Source of the DNA: Candidatus Delongbacteria bacterium
Lineage (GTDB): Bacteria > CAIWAD01
Direction of reading: 5' to 3'
Assembly: GCA_963663545.1 (NCBI GenBank)
Contig: OY760505.1
Span: 3,264,001-3,328,000, forward strand
DNA: 64,000 nucleotides
The position numbers and the translations under genes were made by a program. Positions 8,959 to 19,800 of this stretch are shown here, piece after piece. Position 1 is the stretch's first letter; the number at the start of each line of letters is the position of its first letter. The notes beneath the pieces are model-generated. The model was not told the origin of the DNA and did not search any database. It saw only the letters and a program-made list of their open reading frames with translations.

Positions 8959-10431
8959 TCAGGCTTCTACAGCCTTGCCGCGTCTGGCTTCCAGCTGGGC
9001 GCGCACCTCGCCCGCGCGCTTCTCGCTTAGTGGATAACTCATCACCATCCAGATAGCAATGACCGAGGCGACAATGGGAACCCAGATGTCGAAGACACGC
9101 AGCATCAGCAGCGTCTGCGCCGACTGGTTGGCTTCCAGCGCCACATCAAAGCCAGTCAGGTTCAGCAGCCAGCCGCCCATGGCCAGAGCAGCGGCCATTC
9201 CCAGTTTGACCACCCACCAGAAGATGCTGCCGTACATGCCTTCGCGACGTTGATGCGTCTGCAGCTCGTCCAGATCCACTACATCGGCGACCATCGCGGG
9301 CATGATGGTGAAGAGGCCGCCCAGTCCGAAGGCCTGCAGCGGCGCAGGAAGGACCACCAGCCAGGGGTGCGCAGGATTGTAGCAGAACCACTTCAGCCCA
9401 TAGCCCAGAATCGACAGGGCGGTGGCGACGAAGAAGGCGCGGCGCTTGCCGATGCGCGTCGCCAGAAAGGTGACGATGGCGATGATCACGAAAGTGGAAA
9501 CCGCGCCCACGGAGCCCGAAACGCCCACCCACTTGGCGCCTAGTTCCTGATTCCCCGCAGCTACATAATAGATGATCACATAGCTGGAGAAGGCGGAGAT
9601 CATGATGAAACCGTTGAAGACCAGGAAGGTGGCTAGGCAGAGTTTGAGGAAGGGCACCGATTTCAGCGTAATGCCGAAGCCGCGGAAGAAGTCGGCCATG
9701 TTGTTCAGCATGCCCTGCAAGCCGCTAACCCGCTGCTGCCCATCCTGTTCGGCCTGGGCGATGTTCTGCATGCGCTCGCGTAGGAAGATAGCTGGCAGAA
9801 TGCCCACGGCGATGGTTACCACCGCGATGAGGATCGCCAGCCCAGCGGCGCCTTCTACCTGGTTTTCGAAGAGCCGCTTGCTGGTCATGATCGCCAGGAA
9901 CCAGGGCGAGATCACGTAGGCCAGCTGTCCCAGGAAGTTCTGCGTACCCATCAGGCGCGTGCGTTCGTGGTAGTCGGGCGTGAGCTCGTAGCCCAGGGCC
10001 ACCCAGGGCGTGGCGAAAATGGTGTAACCGACAAAGAAGAGAATGCTGCCGATGAGGAACCAGACGAAGTAGAAGGTCTGACTCTTGTCGCCCGGCAGCT
10101 GCCAGAGCAGGGCGAAAACAACTGCGGCGAGGATGGCACCCAGAAAGATGTAAGGACGACGACGTCCCCAGCGCGAACGCGTGTGATCCGAGATGTAGCC
10201 CATCAGTGGGTCCGTCAGCGCGTCGGTCAGCCTGGGCAGCGAACCTAAGAGACCCACTAGAAAGGGATCCATGCCCAGGCCCAGATTCAGCACAATCATC
10301 ATGCCGCCACTGGCGGCGGCGAGCAGGTTGTTGATCAGCGCGCCCAGTCCATACACCAAGCGATGCGCCATCGAGACCCGGTCTTCGGGCGCCGTCACAT
10401 GATGACTCGCAGCATTGTCTTTGCTCATCAT
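8959..10431 (-). CDS. GPH-family (MelB-like) MFS sugar:cation symporter
   Basis: DALTDPLMGYISD, RWGRRRPY, RREGMYGS motifs; many TM helices. Confidence 0.9.
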   Translation of the reverse strand: MMSKDNAASHHVTAPEDRVSMAHRLVYGLGALINNLLAAASGGMMIVLNLGLGMDPFLVGLLGSLPRLTDALTDPLMGYISDHTRSRWGRRRPYIFLGAILAAVVFALLWQLPGDKSQTFYFVWFLIGSILFFVGYTIFATPWVALGYELTPDYHERTRLMGTQNFLGQLAYVISPWFLAIMTSKRLFENQVEGAAGLAILIAVVTIAVGILPAIFLRERMQNIAQAEQDGQQRVSGLQGMLNNMADFFRGFGITLKSVPFLKLCLATFLVFNGFIMISAFSSYVIIYYVAAGNQELGAKWVGVSGSVGAVSTFVIIAIVTFLATRIGKRRAFFVATALSILGYGLKWFCYNPAHPWLVVLPAPLQAFGLGGLFTIMPAMVADVVDLDELQTHQRREGMYGSIFWWVVKLGMAAALAMGGWLLNLTGFDVALEANQSAQTLLMLRVFDIWVPIVASVIAIWMVMSYPLSEKRAGEVRAQLEARRGKAVEA

Positions 10432-11231
10432 TGCTCCTGATAAACGCGCACCCAGTCCACGATCATGGTCTGGGGGAAGAGGGTGCTGGCGTCGGGGCTG
10501 CCAACGTAGTTGCCGCCGACGGCGACGTTAAGAATGATGTAGAAGGGATGGTCGAAAACCCACTCGCCGGGCACTTCGTCGCTCTCGACTCGGTGATACA
10601 CGACTTCGTCCACCGACCATTCGATGGCATCGCTCGTCCACTCGACCGCGAAAACGTGGAAGTCGTCGTGGAAGCTCTCGGGGTAGATGCTGAAGGCGTT
10701 GCCAATACCATTGCCGCCGTAGTAGTTGGGTCCATGCAGCGTTCCTTGTATCACGGTCGGTGCCTGGCCGCGATACTCCATGATGTCCACTTCGCCACAA
10801 GTGGGCCAGCCGACGCTGCCGATGTCGTTGCCCAGCAGCCAGAAGGCGGGCCAGATGCCCTGCCCGATGGGGAGCTGGATGCGTGCTTCAATGCGCCCGT
10901 ACTTCGGCTCGAAGAGATCGGCAGTCGTGATACGTGCAGAGGTGTAGCTGCAGTTGCCGAACTGCTCTTCGCGTGCGGTGATCAGTAGGTGTCCATCGCC
11001 ATCCAGGCAGGCGTTTTCTGCGCGATCCGTGTCGTACTCCAGCTGATTGTTGCCCCAGTCGGTGCCCGTATCGAAGTGCCAGGCCTCGGCTGCAGGAAGG
11101 GCTCCGGACTCGCCTGAAAACTCTTCCTCCCACACAAGCTGGTAGCCCGCTGCTACAGCGGGATCGTGACTGCGCGTACACGCGGCTAGCAGAGGCAGGA
11201 GCAGGAACAGGCCGGTGGTCCTGAAATTCAT
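10428..11231 (-). CDS. GH16 beta-1,3-glucanase (laminarinase) lipoprotein
   Basis: WPAFWLLG and the catalytic GEVDIME motif; lipobox LLAAC. Confidence 0.92.
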   Translation of the reverse strand: MNFRTTGLFLLLPLLAACTRSHDPAVAAGYQLVWEEEFSGESGALPAAEAWHFDTGTDWGNNQLEYDTDRAENACLDGDGHLLITAREEQFGNCSYTSARITTADLFEPKYGRIEARIQLPIGQGIWPAFWLLGNDIGSVGWPTCGEVDIMEYRGQAPTVIQGTLHGPNYYGGNGIGNAFSIYPESFHDDFHVFAVEWTSDAIEWSVDEVVYHRVESDEVPGEWVFDHPFYIILNVAVGGNYVGSPDASTLFPQTMIVDWVRVYQEQ

Positions 11232-12484
11232 GAGGCGTCCTCGTTTGTCCATTGGGGAAAGAGCTGCGGATTGCGGAAGGCGGCGTCCAGTACCAGCGTG
11301 CCCGCGCCAAGGGCCACCGTGCGATACCCGAGTTCGCCTGTGCGAATGCAGGTGGCGGACATGGTGTTGACCAGAGTGCGCTGCCGCACTGTATCACGCA
11401 GCGGATCCAGCAGAATGTCTCCCAAACGCGTGATACCGCCGCCCAGAATCACCATACCCGGATTGTTCAGGTTCAGCAAGCCTGCCACCGTGATACCAAG
11501 GTACTGGGCGGCCTCACCGACGACACGCAAGGCCAGTGGATCACCGGCCAGCGCAGCCTGTTCCAGAGCTGCTGGGCTGACAGGATGTCGACTCAGTGTG
11601 CTTTCGGGATACTTCGGCAGTAGCTCTTCGGTGCGTGATACAAGCGCTGCCGACCCCGCGTACATCGTGAGACATCCGCGAAGTCCGCATACGCACTGAC
11701 GTCCCCGCGGATTGATCGCCAAGTGACCGATTTCGCCTGCCACACCGGAAGCGCCGCGGTAGATACGTCCGGCGAGGATCTGTCCCAGGCCGATACCCGT
11801 CGCAATCTTGATGTAAGCGAAGTCCTTTTGTCCGCGCCCCGCACCCCACCAGTATTCGGCCAGGGCACCAAGGTTGGCATCGTTGTCCGCCAACAACGGG
11901 CGATCAAAGGCGGCGGCAATATCCTCAAGTCGACTGCGCCCTTCCCAGCGCGGCAGCACGATTTCGGGCACGCGATCGGGATGCTCCGGATCCACCGGGC
12001 AGGGAAGCCCGACGCCAATGCCCAACAGGGGCGGCGCTGGATCACGGCGCTCGTCCAGGCAGGTACGCGCCAGCTGCTCGATGAGCTGCATCGTTCCCAC
12101 CGGATCCTCGCGCACATCATGCCCAACCGAGTAGGTGTGCAAAATGCGTCCGCGCATGTCCATCAGGACAACGGCCACGTGGGTAGCGCCCACATCGACA
12201 CCGAGGATCACACAGGCCTGATCTTGAAACTCCAGCAGAATGGGTTTACGGCCGCCACGGGCTTCGCCCTCACCGATTTCGCGCACCAGACCCGTCGTCA
12301 GTAATTGTCTCACGGCTTCGGTCACCGTCGAGCGCGAAAGGCCGCTTTGACGGGCGATGTCGGCACGACTGATGCGCTGGTGCTCCCAGATCATCTGCAG
12401 AATGGGCGCTGCCAGCGGCCGACCTCCTCCGGGCGGAGGAGGCAGGCGCAGGCTTGTATCACCGGAAGCGGCAGAAAGGATCAT
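11228..12484 (-). CDS. ROK-family transcriptional repressor (XylR/NagC-like)
   Basis: N-terminal HTH ISRADIARQSGLSRSTV; GRKP; GEIGH...CVCGLRGCL. Confidence 0.92.
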   Translation of the reverse strand: MILSAASGDTSLRLPPPPGGGRPLAAPILQMIWEHQRISRADIARQSGLSRSTVTEAVRQLLTTGLVREIGEGEARGGRKPILLEFQDQACVILGVDVGATHVAVVLMDMRGRILHTYSVGHDVREDPVGTMQLIEQLARTCLDERRDPAPPLLGIGVGLPCPVDPEHPDRVPEIVLPRWEGRSRLEDIAAAFDRPLLADNDANLGALAEYWWGAGRGQKDFAYIKIATGIGLGQILAGRIYRGASGVAGEIGHLAINPRGRQCVCGLRGCLTMYAGSAALVSRTEELLPKYPESTLSRHPVSPAALEQAALAGDPLALRVVGEAAQYLGITVAGLLNLNNPGMVILGGGITRLGDILLDPLRDTVRQRTLVNTMSATCIRTGELGYRTVALGAGTLVLDAAFRNPQLFPQWTNEDAS

Positions 12485-12511
12485 GATGCCGCTCCTGTTG
12501 TATCACATGTA

Positions 12512-15481
12512 TTACTCATGAAAGAGCACATTATCGAGGTAGAAGGAATTGATCTGGTCCGAGCCGAAGAGCAGCTGAGCCAGGTGGCCGCGCGTGGTCA
12601 GGTTGGTGAACTCCGAGAGCGGAAGATCAAAGACAACCCAGCTTCCTGTTGCCAGCGGAATGGTATAGCTGGCATCCACGAGGAGTTCGTGTTCCACGTC
12701 GTCGCCGCCACCCCAGACGCCGTTCGCGCCGAAGTCGACCAACTTCACCATGAACTCGTTGGGCAGCGCCGTTGCGTCACTGGTCCAGAAGCAGAAGTGG
12801 AAGTAGTTCATGCCGCTGGCGTCGACGGTCTGACTGGTGAATTCGATACCCGCGTAGGTGAGGTTCGTGTAATACTTCGTCGCGTTGCCGTCGATTTGCA
12901 CGGTGGCTACGTCGGCCTCGTCCCACTCGGCAGACCAGGTGTCCACCGTCACGTTGGCGTAGCTGTCGCTGAACAGCGAGATCACCTCGCTGGCTTCCCA
13001 GGCGGGATCGGGCGCGGGGCTTTCGGGACCGGTCCACGCCGTGCCGCCGGTGCCGTAGAAGTAGACGTTGTCCACGTAGACGGTGTTGGGATCGGAGGTG
13101 ATCACCATCTGTGCCAAGTGCTGGCGTGATACAAGCGCACCAAACTCGCTCAAGTCAAGGTCGATTCCAACCCAGGCGCCCGTCAGTAGCGGTGTGGCGG
13201 AGGCAGCCGTGATACTCACGGAGGATTCCACATCATCACCACCGGACCATTCGCCGTCGGGGCCAAAGTCCACCAGCTTGATGGTGAAGGCCGTGGGCAG
13301 CGTAGTTTCATCGGGTGTCCAGATGTCCATGTGGAAGTGGCTCTTGTCGCTGATGTCGATGGTGGGGTTGGTGAACTCGATGCCTGCATAGACCAAGTTG
13401 GTGTAGCGCAGAGTGGCATTGCCGTCGATCTCAATCTCGGCCACATCGGCCATGTCGGGCCAGTCGGCGGACCATGTTTCCACAGCTTCCTCGGTGTAGG
13501 CATCGCTGAACAGCGCGATCACTTCGTCGGCACTCACCGTTGGTGTGGGCGCAGGCGTAAAAGGCTGATCGAGTTCTTCGGCCATGTCGTGGAAATAGAG
13601 GTTGTCCAGATAGACGGTCGGCAGGTCTCCGGCGAAGATCAACTGGGCAAGATGACTCATGGAATTCAACCCGCTGAAATCCTCCAGGCGCAACTCGTAG
13701 CGCACCCAGTTGCCGGAAACCAGCGGCGTGGCGGAGCTGGAATTCAGGGTGATTTCGTGCTCGCTGTCATCGCCGGTTCCAACCGTGGCGTCCGCGCCGG
13801 CGTCCAGCAACTTGACGGTGAAGTTCATGCCGGTCGTGGGCTCAGCGGTCCACAAGTCGAAGTGGAAGCCGTTCATGGCCGAAGCGTCAACGGGCAGGCT
13901 AATGAATTCCACACCTGCGTTGACCAGCTCGCTGTAGTGCAGCGTGGGGTTGCCGTCAATCTCCACTTCTTCGAACTCCGCCTGATCCCAGTCGGCGGAC
14001 CATGTGTCGACGGTGATACAAGTGTAGGCGTCGCTGTAGATCGAGATCACATGCGCGGCGTCCAGCACGGGCGTCGGCGCCGGTGAAGCGGGAGCCTGGG
14101 GCTCTTCGGCTGCATGGAGGTAAAGGTTGTCGAGATAAAGAATCTCGCTGCCGCCCGCCAGCACAATCTGCGCAAGGTGGCTGGTGCTCTGCAGGCTGCT
14201 GAAATAGCTGAGCGGAATGTCAAGCTGGCTCCAGTCGCCGGAGGTCATCGCCGGGCTGCTGGAAAGGCTCAAGGAAAGCTCGTGCTCGCTGTCGTCGCCG
14301 CCGCTATAGGCGCCGTCCGCGCCAAAGTCCACCAGTTTGATGGCGAAGTCATTGGGCACGTAGCTGTAAACGTCCACGTGCAGATAGTTCATGGCACTGG
14401 CGTCGATCAGGCTGGAGGAGAAGTCGATGCCAGCGTAGGTCAGGTTCGTGTAGAGCTTGACATCGTCGCCATTGAGCTGAATGTCCTCCACATCGGCGAT
14501 GTCCCAGTCCGTCGACCACGCATCCACCGTGATACAATTGTAGGCGTTGCTGAAGACCGAGATCACATCCGCCGCAGGCTGTTCCGGCGCGGGCGGCCCC
14601 GCGGTAGGTGCATCGATGGCCAGAACGGTGATGCTGCCCTCCACCGCCGTCGAACCCAGACTGGCGCTGATCTGCGCCTGGCCCGTGCCCACGATGGAGA
14701 TGCTGCCATCACCCACGGGAGTAGCCACATCCGTATTGTCGCTGATGTAGGTGTAGTAGGCGGGCATGATGCCCATCAGCTGGTCGACGCCCTCTACGGC
14801 AAAAGTCACCTGACAGCCGGTGGGCGTCAGCCGTGAGCCGGTGACCGTGCTCAGGGTCTGGCTGTCCATCACAGGGCGCGGGTTTGTCACGGTGTCCAGA
14901 GTCTCAAACTGGATTTCATCGAACCAGAGCTGGTAACCGCTTCCCTGATGCGGGGCAGCGGCGAAATGGAAGAGGCCCGCTTCGCTGGTCAGCTTGGAAG
15001 GCAGCGGCAGTGGCAGCGTGTACTTCTGCCATTCGGTGCCCACCGCAACTCCACTTTGTTCGGCTGTGTACAAAGAAGTGCCCGTGTTGTCGTTGCCGAT
15101 GCCAAGAACCGCGATTGTGGTGCTGAGGCTGGCTTTGGCATAGAAGGTCAGCGCGGTGTAGCTGCTCAGATTTCGGCCATAGCCTGGCGCGACAAAGGCG
15201 CCGCCCGCGTAGCTGCCATCGGCGTTGCCCTCGTTGGGAACGTCGATGCGGATGCTGGCGCTACCGGCGTAGTGGACATTGTAATCCAGGTTCAGTGCGT
15301 CCAGTTTGGAATCGCCAAAGGCCTGGAAATCCATGCCATCGCTGAAGCCGTCGAGGAAAACCTCGCTGTCGCTGGGTTGGTCATCGGGCGCGGTGCTTCC
15401 GCTGTCACGGCTACAGGCCGCAAGTCCAAGCAGACAGAGAGTGAGCGCGCTGGTGGTGCTCAACAGGTGGGTCAGTTTCAT
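12512..15481 (-). CDS. Surface lipoprotein with carbohydrate-binding-like repeats and an Ig-like domain
   Basis: Lipobox LAAC after MKLTHLL; four ~175-aa repeats (VISxFSDAY...DTWS...YAGIEF...KLVDFGADG). Confidence 0.8.
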   Translation of the reverse strand: MKLTHLLSTTSALTLCLLGLAACSRDSGSTAPDDQPSDSEVFLDGFSDGMDFQAFGDSKLDALNLDYNVHYAGSASIRIDVPNEGNADGSYAGGAFVAPGYGRNLSSYTALTFYAKASLSTTIAVLGIGNDNTGTSLYTAEQSGVAVGTEWQKYTLPLPLPSKLTSEAGLFHFAAAPHQGSGYQLWFDEIQFETLDTVTNPRPVMDSQTLSTVTGSRLTPTGCQVTFAVEGVDQLMGIMPAYYTYISDNTDVATPVGDGSISIVGTGQAQISASLGSTAVEGSITVLAIDAPTAGPPAPEQPAADVISVFSNAYNCITVDAWSTDWDIADVEDIQLNGDDVKLYTNLTYAGIDFSSSLIDASAMNYLHVDVYSYVPNDFAIKLVDFGADGAYSGGDDSEHELSLSLSSSPAMTSGDWSQLDIPLSYFSSLQSTSHLAQIVLAGGSEILYLDNLYLHAAEEPQAPASPAPTPVLDAAHVISIYSDAYTCITVDTWSADWDQAEFEEVEIDGNPTLHYSELVNAGVEFISLPVDASAMNGFHFDLWTAEPTTGMNFTVKLLDAGADATVGTGDDSEHEITLNSSSATPLVSGNWVRYELRLEDFSGLNSMSHLAQLIFAGDLPTVYLDNLYFHDMAEELDQPFTPAPTPTVSADEVIALFSDAYTEEAVETWSADWPDMADVAEIEIDGNATLRYTNLVYAGIEFTNPTIDISDKSHFHMDIWTPDETTLPTAFTIKLVDFGPDGEWSGGDDVESSVSITAASATPLLTGAWVGIDLDLSEFGALVSRQHLAQMVITSDPNTVYVDNVYFYGTGGTAWTGPESPAPDPAWEASEVISLFSDSYANVTVDTWSAEWDEADVATVQIDGNATKYYTNLTYAGIEFTSQTVDASGMNYFHFCFWTSDATALPNEFMVKLVDFGANGVWGGGDDVEHELLVDASYTIPLATGSWVVFDLPLSEFTNLTTRGHLAQLLFGSDQINSFYLDNVLFHE

Positions 15482-15533
15482 GCTGAGTCTCCGATTTCGG
15501 CGATCGGGATAGCGGACACCGTGCCGCCATCTG

Positions 15534-15583
15534 TACTTTGTTCGAAATACGAACAAAGTAGCGGCTGAGCCCTGGTTTGTCAA
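15534..15583 (-). promoter_or_regulatory. Sigma70 promoter with ROK-type operator
   Basis: Minus strand TTGACA(15583-15578)-17 bp-TACTTT(15560-15555); perfect palindrome TACTTTGTTCG-N5-CGAACAAAGTA at 15534-15560. Confidence 0.8.
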
Positions 15584-16029
15584 GGAAAAAGCGCTGCACA
15601 AGCGATTGCCTCTCTAGAGTGTGTCAAGCTGAAATCATTAGAAAACACAGTTCGAATTATGAATTGCCTGCCGGGATACATGAGCTCCTGTTTGTCGTGC
15701 TCTGGCTCCCTTGGACCAGGCTGAGCGGGCCACTTCGAGTTTAGGGTTAAACCATGAGGCCGTACGTTTGTGTCGGAGCAAGGAGGAAGAGTCATCTCTT
15801 TCTGTACTGGGGAAGCTGTTAAGAATGTATCTTTGTATAGCGGTGTTCAAAATCCGTCCATTTAGAACTGCGGTTAACCGACTTCCTGACACAGATTTCT
15901 CATAACACTTGTAATAACAACCATGAAGTGCGTGATGCAAAATATGGCATTGCACTTGCAGTGTCATAACTGACATTGATTCCAATGTTAGCCAGAAACG
16001 GTGGCTGTACTCGATTAAGGGGATTTCAC

Positions 16030-16908
16030 ATGACCAAGATGTCTGCTGTTTTCAGCGTGGCCGTGCTCGGCCTTTCGCTTTGCTCAACCACTGCGTGGTC
16101 GGTGGTGCCGGAACTAAGTAACACTGGCGTGAGCGCTGGTGGCACTCGTTGTGTTGTTGTACCGCAGGTTGATCTGGACTGCACCGGTGCATTCGTCGAG
16201 AACGAGCCTTTCTTGGAAGGCGATGACACCATCAATGGTGGCTGCAATTCCGATCCTTACGTGGCCCAGATGATGACAGATCACATCTGCGGTAGCATGT
16301 TCACCTACGGTTTTGGTTCACGTGATACCGACTGGTACGAGTTCACGCTGACGATGCCGACGCTGGTGAGCGCGGTGGTCATTGCGGACACAGACCTGGA
16401 TTTCAACGTGTACTTCGTCGCGAATGCTGAGTTAACGCGGGATTGCACAGGCGTCAGTGTGATGTATTCTGCTGATGATCCGGTAGACAATACCGTCACA
16501 CTGGAAGCCATTCTCGAGCCCGGTGAGTACTGGTTGTGGATCGGTCCAAGAGAATTCGGTGTGGAATACATGCCGGTGCCCGTGGATTATTCTGCGGTTG
16601 TGACCATGCTTCCTTACGTGCCCGCCGCCGCTGACGAGCAGCCGGAGCACTTCCGCCTGGAGCAGAATTATCCTAACCCCTTCAACCCCAGCACCAGCAT
16701 CGCCTATGAGTTGCCCACGACCAGTGAAGTACAGCTGAATGTCTTCAACATGGCTGGCGAGCACGTGGCCAGTCTGGTGAACGGACTGCAGGAGAGCGGC
16801 GAGCATCAGATCAGCTTTGATGCCAGCGCCCTGTCCAGCGGCGTTTACTTCTACACGCTGCAGGCCGAAGGTCTTGTGCAGACGCGCAAGATGGTTCTGC
16901 TTAAGTAG
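16030..16908 (+). CDS. Secreted protein with T9SS-type-A-like C-terminal sorting domain
   Basis: Signal peptide; LEQNYPNPFNPST...LSSGVYFY...RKMVLLK. Confidence 0.85.
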   Translation: MTKMSAVFSVAVLGLSLCSTTAWSVVPELSNTGVSAGGTRCVVVPQVDLDCTGAFVENEPFLEGDDTINGGCNSDPYVAQMMTDHICGSMFTYGFGSRDTDWYEFTLTMPTLVSAVVIADTDLDFNVYFVANAELTRDCTGVSVMYSADDPVDNTVTLEAILEPGEYWLWIGPREFGVEYMPVPVDYSAVVTMLPYVPAAADEQPEHFRLEQNYPNPFNPSTSIAYELPTTSEVQLNVFNMAGEHVASLVNGLQESGEHQISFDASALSSGVYFYTLQAEGLVQTRKMVLLK

Positions 16909-16931
16909 TCTGTATCACAGTCGAAACTCCG

Positions 16932-16964
16932 AGCCCCGGCTTTCCAGGAAGTCGGGGCTTTTCT
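16932..16964 (+). terminator. Intrinsic terminator
   Basis: agccccggctt...aagtcggggct stem plus T run. Confidence 0.75.
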
Positions 16965-16980
16965 GTCTACAGGCCCTATC

Positions 16981-19536
16981 TTGAAGGCTGCCGAAGGAGT
17001 GCACGGTAAACAATTGATTGGGTGCGGAATGCGGACCGACACGAGCAAGACTTCCCGGGTGGCGTATTACTGCTTTGTGCTTTTCATGGCTGGGGGCAGC
17101 TTTCTGGTTTTCGAAGTGGGCTGGCAGCGGCTGCTGGCGCTGGTTCTGGGCTCGACGGTGATTGCATCAACGCTTGTTTTGTCTGCCTACATGGCAGGAT
17201 TTGGTCTGGGAGCACGCCTATGGAGTTCACTGAAGTCCGGTGCGCGAAGACCATGTGTTACAGCGGGATGGTTGCTGCTTGGCGTGGGACTCACCGGAGT
17301 CCTCAACCTGCTGCTTTTCACAAGTGCGATGCCTGCGCTCTTGGCCCGAGGCTTGCCTACATGGGTTCTGTTTGCGCTGGCAACCCTGCTTCTGATCGCG
17401 CAAGCCCTGCCGATGGGAGGGCTGTTCCCGTTGGTGAGCGGTCTGGCTGCACCTACGCTTGAAGGAAGAGAAAGAACACTCGGGCGCCTTTACGCCTTCG
17501 AAAGCCTGGGCAGCGCCCTGGGAGCGCTGTTGACCGCTTTTCTTCTGTTGGGACTGCTGGGCCAGTGTGTAAGCATTCTTGTAGCGGTTGGCGTAGACCT
17601 GCTGCTGGCACTGCTCTTTTTTTTGCATCGAGGCGGCCGTGTCACGCGTTCCGACGAAGCACAGGCCGAAACGTCAGTGCCTGAGTACCGTGTATCACGG
17701 GAAGCGCGTGGTGCCGCTGTTGTAGCCTTCTTGTGCGGTTTTGTCATGCTGGCGCTGCAGGCCCTGTGGATGCGCGCCTTTCACGTTTACTTCACCAACA
17801 CCAGCTATACCTTTGCGCTAATTGCCGCGATTGTCGTGCTAGGACTCTTCATCGGTAGTCTGGCCTTTTCCCTTCGCCGAGGAGCTGTATCACAGCGTGC
17901 TTCTGTCACCCGTGGATCATCGTCACTTTCACTGGCTGACTGTCGCTGGCCGCTGGCAGGGCTAAGTCTCTTTACCCTGCTGGGGAGCTGGCTTCTGTTC
18001 CGGCTACCGCAGACCCTCATGCTGCCCTTGCAGGAGACGCTGGCGAATCCGCTATTGCGGGTCTTTCTCTTTCCGGGAGCCGTAGCGCTGCTGATCGTGC
18101 TGCCACCCGCGTTGTGCTCCGGCTATCTCTTTCCATTGGCCTGTACCCTGGCTGCGCGTGCCGGCCGTACTACTAGCGCCGTTGGACGCGTGCTCAGCGC
18201 CAACACTCTGGGCGCAGTTCTGGGACCCCTGCTTGGCACTTTTCTACTACTACCCTTCCTGGGTGTAACACGCGGACTGCTGCTGGTCGGGCTTCTGCCT
18301 GCTGGGGTGGGCTTCTGGCTGACTACGCGAAACCCCGGCGCAGAGCTTCTGCAGCGTGTTGTGCTTGGTACGGCGATCGTTGTGCCTCTGCTCATTGTGA
18401 TTGCCGCGCCTGCACTTCCAGTGTTGCCACCCTCATTTGCTCTTAACGGGCGTGAGCTTTTGTATCACCGTGAGACGCTGGAAGGTACACTGAGTGTGGG
18501 CCTGGATCACCCGCCGCTGGGCAACCGACGTCACACCTTCGTCAACAATAGCCAAGTGATTGGTGCCACCTACGATGCGGTGAAAGTGGTGAAGATGGTC
18601 GGCCATCTGCCCTTCTTACTGGGACATGAATGCCGCGATGTGCTGGTAATCGGCTTCGGAATAGGTGTTACAACTTCGGCGATTGCATCGCATGACGAAG
18701 TGCGTTCCATCGAATGCGTTGAGCTGCTTCCTGGGCTTCAAGAGGCAGCCGCGTACTACGAGGATCTGAATCGTGGTGTGGCTCGTGATCCGCGACTGCA
18801 CTTGTACGGTGGCGATGGCAGGCAGTATCTGGCGGCCAGTAGAAAACGCTACGACCTGATTTCTTGCGATCCGACGCACCCGATTCTTGGTTCAGCCAGC
18901 CTCTATACACGTGAGTACTTTGAATCCTGCCAAGATCACCTGAGCGAGCACGGGCTTGTATCCCAGTATCTACCGCTACACAAGTTGGGTCACGATGAAT
19001 TCATGGGCATCGTCGCCACCTTCGCACAGGTTTTCCCGCAGAGCACACTCTGGCTGGGCCATTATCACGCCATACTTCTGGGAGCGCGTGATACGCTCGG
19101 GGTGGATTTCACTCAGTGGCAAAAGCGTGTTGATGCATTGATTCCGGACGAGTACTTCTACCAGGATGCCTATCACTTGGCCGCTTGCCTGATCCTGGAC
19201 AGCGAGGCCATGCAGCAGCTCGCAATGCAGTATCCGGCGAATTGTGAGGACCGTTCCTACACCGAGTTCTTTGCTCTCGACTGTCTGCGTGAAGAGAACC
19301 TCCCCGATAATCTGACAACGCTGGATAGCCTGCGTGTATCACCTGCAGGCCTGTTTGCCGGTATTCCCGACATGGCCATGATGGAGCGTTACCTGAGCGG
19401 CAACAGAGCCCTGTGTCGCAGTCTGGCCCATCACTTCCGCGGAGAAAACGCGGCTGCGCTGGAAGAACTACACCAGGCTTGCGAAGTGAATCCCGAAAGC
19501 CAGGAGTATCCCTTCCTGATCCGTTTGGGTTTCTGA
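16981..19536 (+). CDS. Fused membrane (MFS-like)/spermidine-synthase-like SAM-binding protein (start uncertain)
   Basis: Many TM helices followed by VLVIGFGIGVT, DGRQYL and DLISCDP. Confidence 0.85.
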   Translation: MKAAEGVHGKQLIGCGMRTDTSKTSRVAYYCFVLFMAGGSFLVFEVGWQRLLALVLGSTVIASTLVLSAYMAGFGLGARLWSSLKSGARRPCVTAGWLLLGVGLTGVLNLLLFTSAMPALLARGLPTWVLFALATLLLIAQALPMGGLFPLVSGLAAPTLEGRERTLGRLYAFESLGSALGALLTAFLLLGLLGQCVSILVAVGVDLLLALLFFLHRGGRVTRSDEAQAETSVPEYRVSREARGAAVVAFLCGFVMLALQALWMRAFHVYFTNTSYTFALIAAIVVLGLFIGSLAFSLRRGAVSQRASVTRGSSSLSLADCRWPLAGLSLFTLLGSWLLFRLPQTLMLPLQETLANPLLRVFLFPGAVALLIVLPPALCSGYLFPLACTLAARAGRTTSAVGRVLSANTLGAVLGPLLGTFLLLPFLGVTRGLLLVGLLPAGVGFWLTTRNPGAELLQRVVLGTAIVVPLLIVIAAPALPVLPPSFALNGRELLYHRETLEGTLSVGLDHPPLGNRRHTFVNNSQVIGATYDAVKVVKMVGHLPFLLGHECRDVLVIGFGIGVTTSAIASHDEVRSIECVELLPGLQEAAAYYEDLNRGVARDPRLHLYGGDGRQYLAASRKRYDLISCDPTHPILGSASLYTREYFESCQDHLSEHGLVSQYLPLHKLGHDEFMGIVATFAQVFPQSTLWLGHYHAILLGARDTLGVDFTQWQKRVDALIPDEYFYQDAYHLAACLILDSEAMQQLAMQYPANCEDRSYTEFFALDCLREENLPDNLTTLDSLRVSPAGLFAGIPDMAMMERYLSGNRALCRSLAHHFRGENAAALEELHQACEVNPESQEYPFLIRLGF

Positions 19537-19800
19537 TTGCCATTGACGGGTAATCGAGGACCGTTCTGCTTCCGTTGAGCTTTGCATTCCTCTGTTTTCT
19601 GTGGCTACGGCAAGCGCTACTTTGCCTCAGTCGCATCACACGGCCCGAGATTGGGACAGAAGTCATTCGCCTGACACCTTGAGCAGCTTCGACTTGCGTA
19701 CTCGAATCAATACGATCCGGATCGTGAGGCCTCGCCTCGCAAGTCGGTGCCAGTGCATTCGTAGCACACGAATCGGCAAAGCCAGCGGAGGAGAGCATTC

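Noticed and set aside
15482..15601. Extended start of the 1029-aa lipoprotein
   Set aside because: It would run through the promoter and operator; the signal peptide begins at 15481
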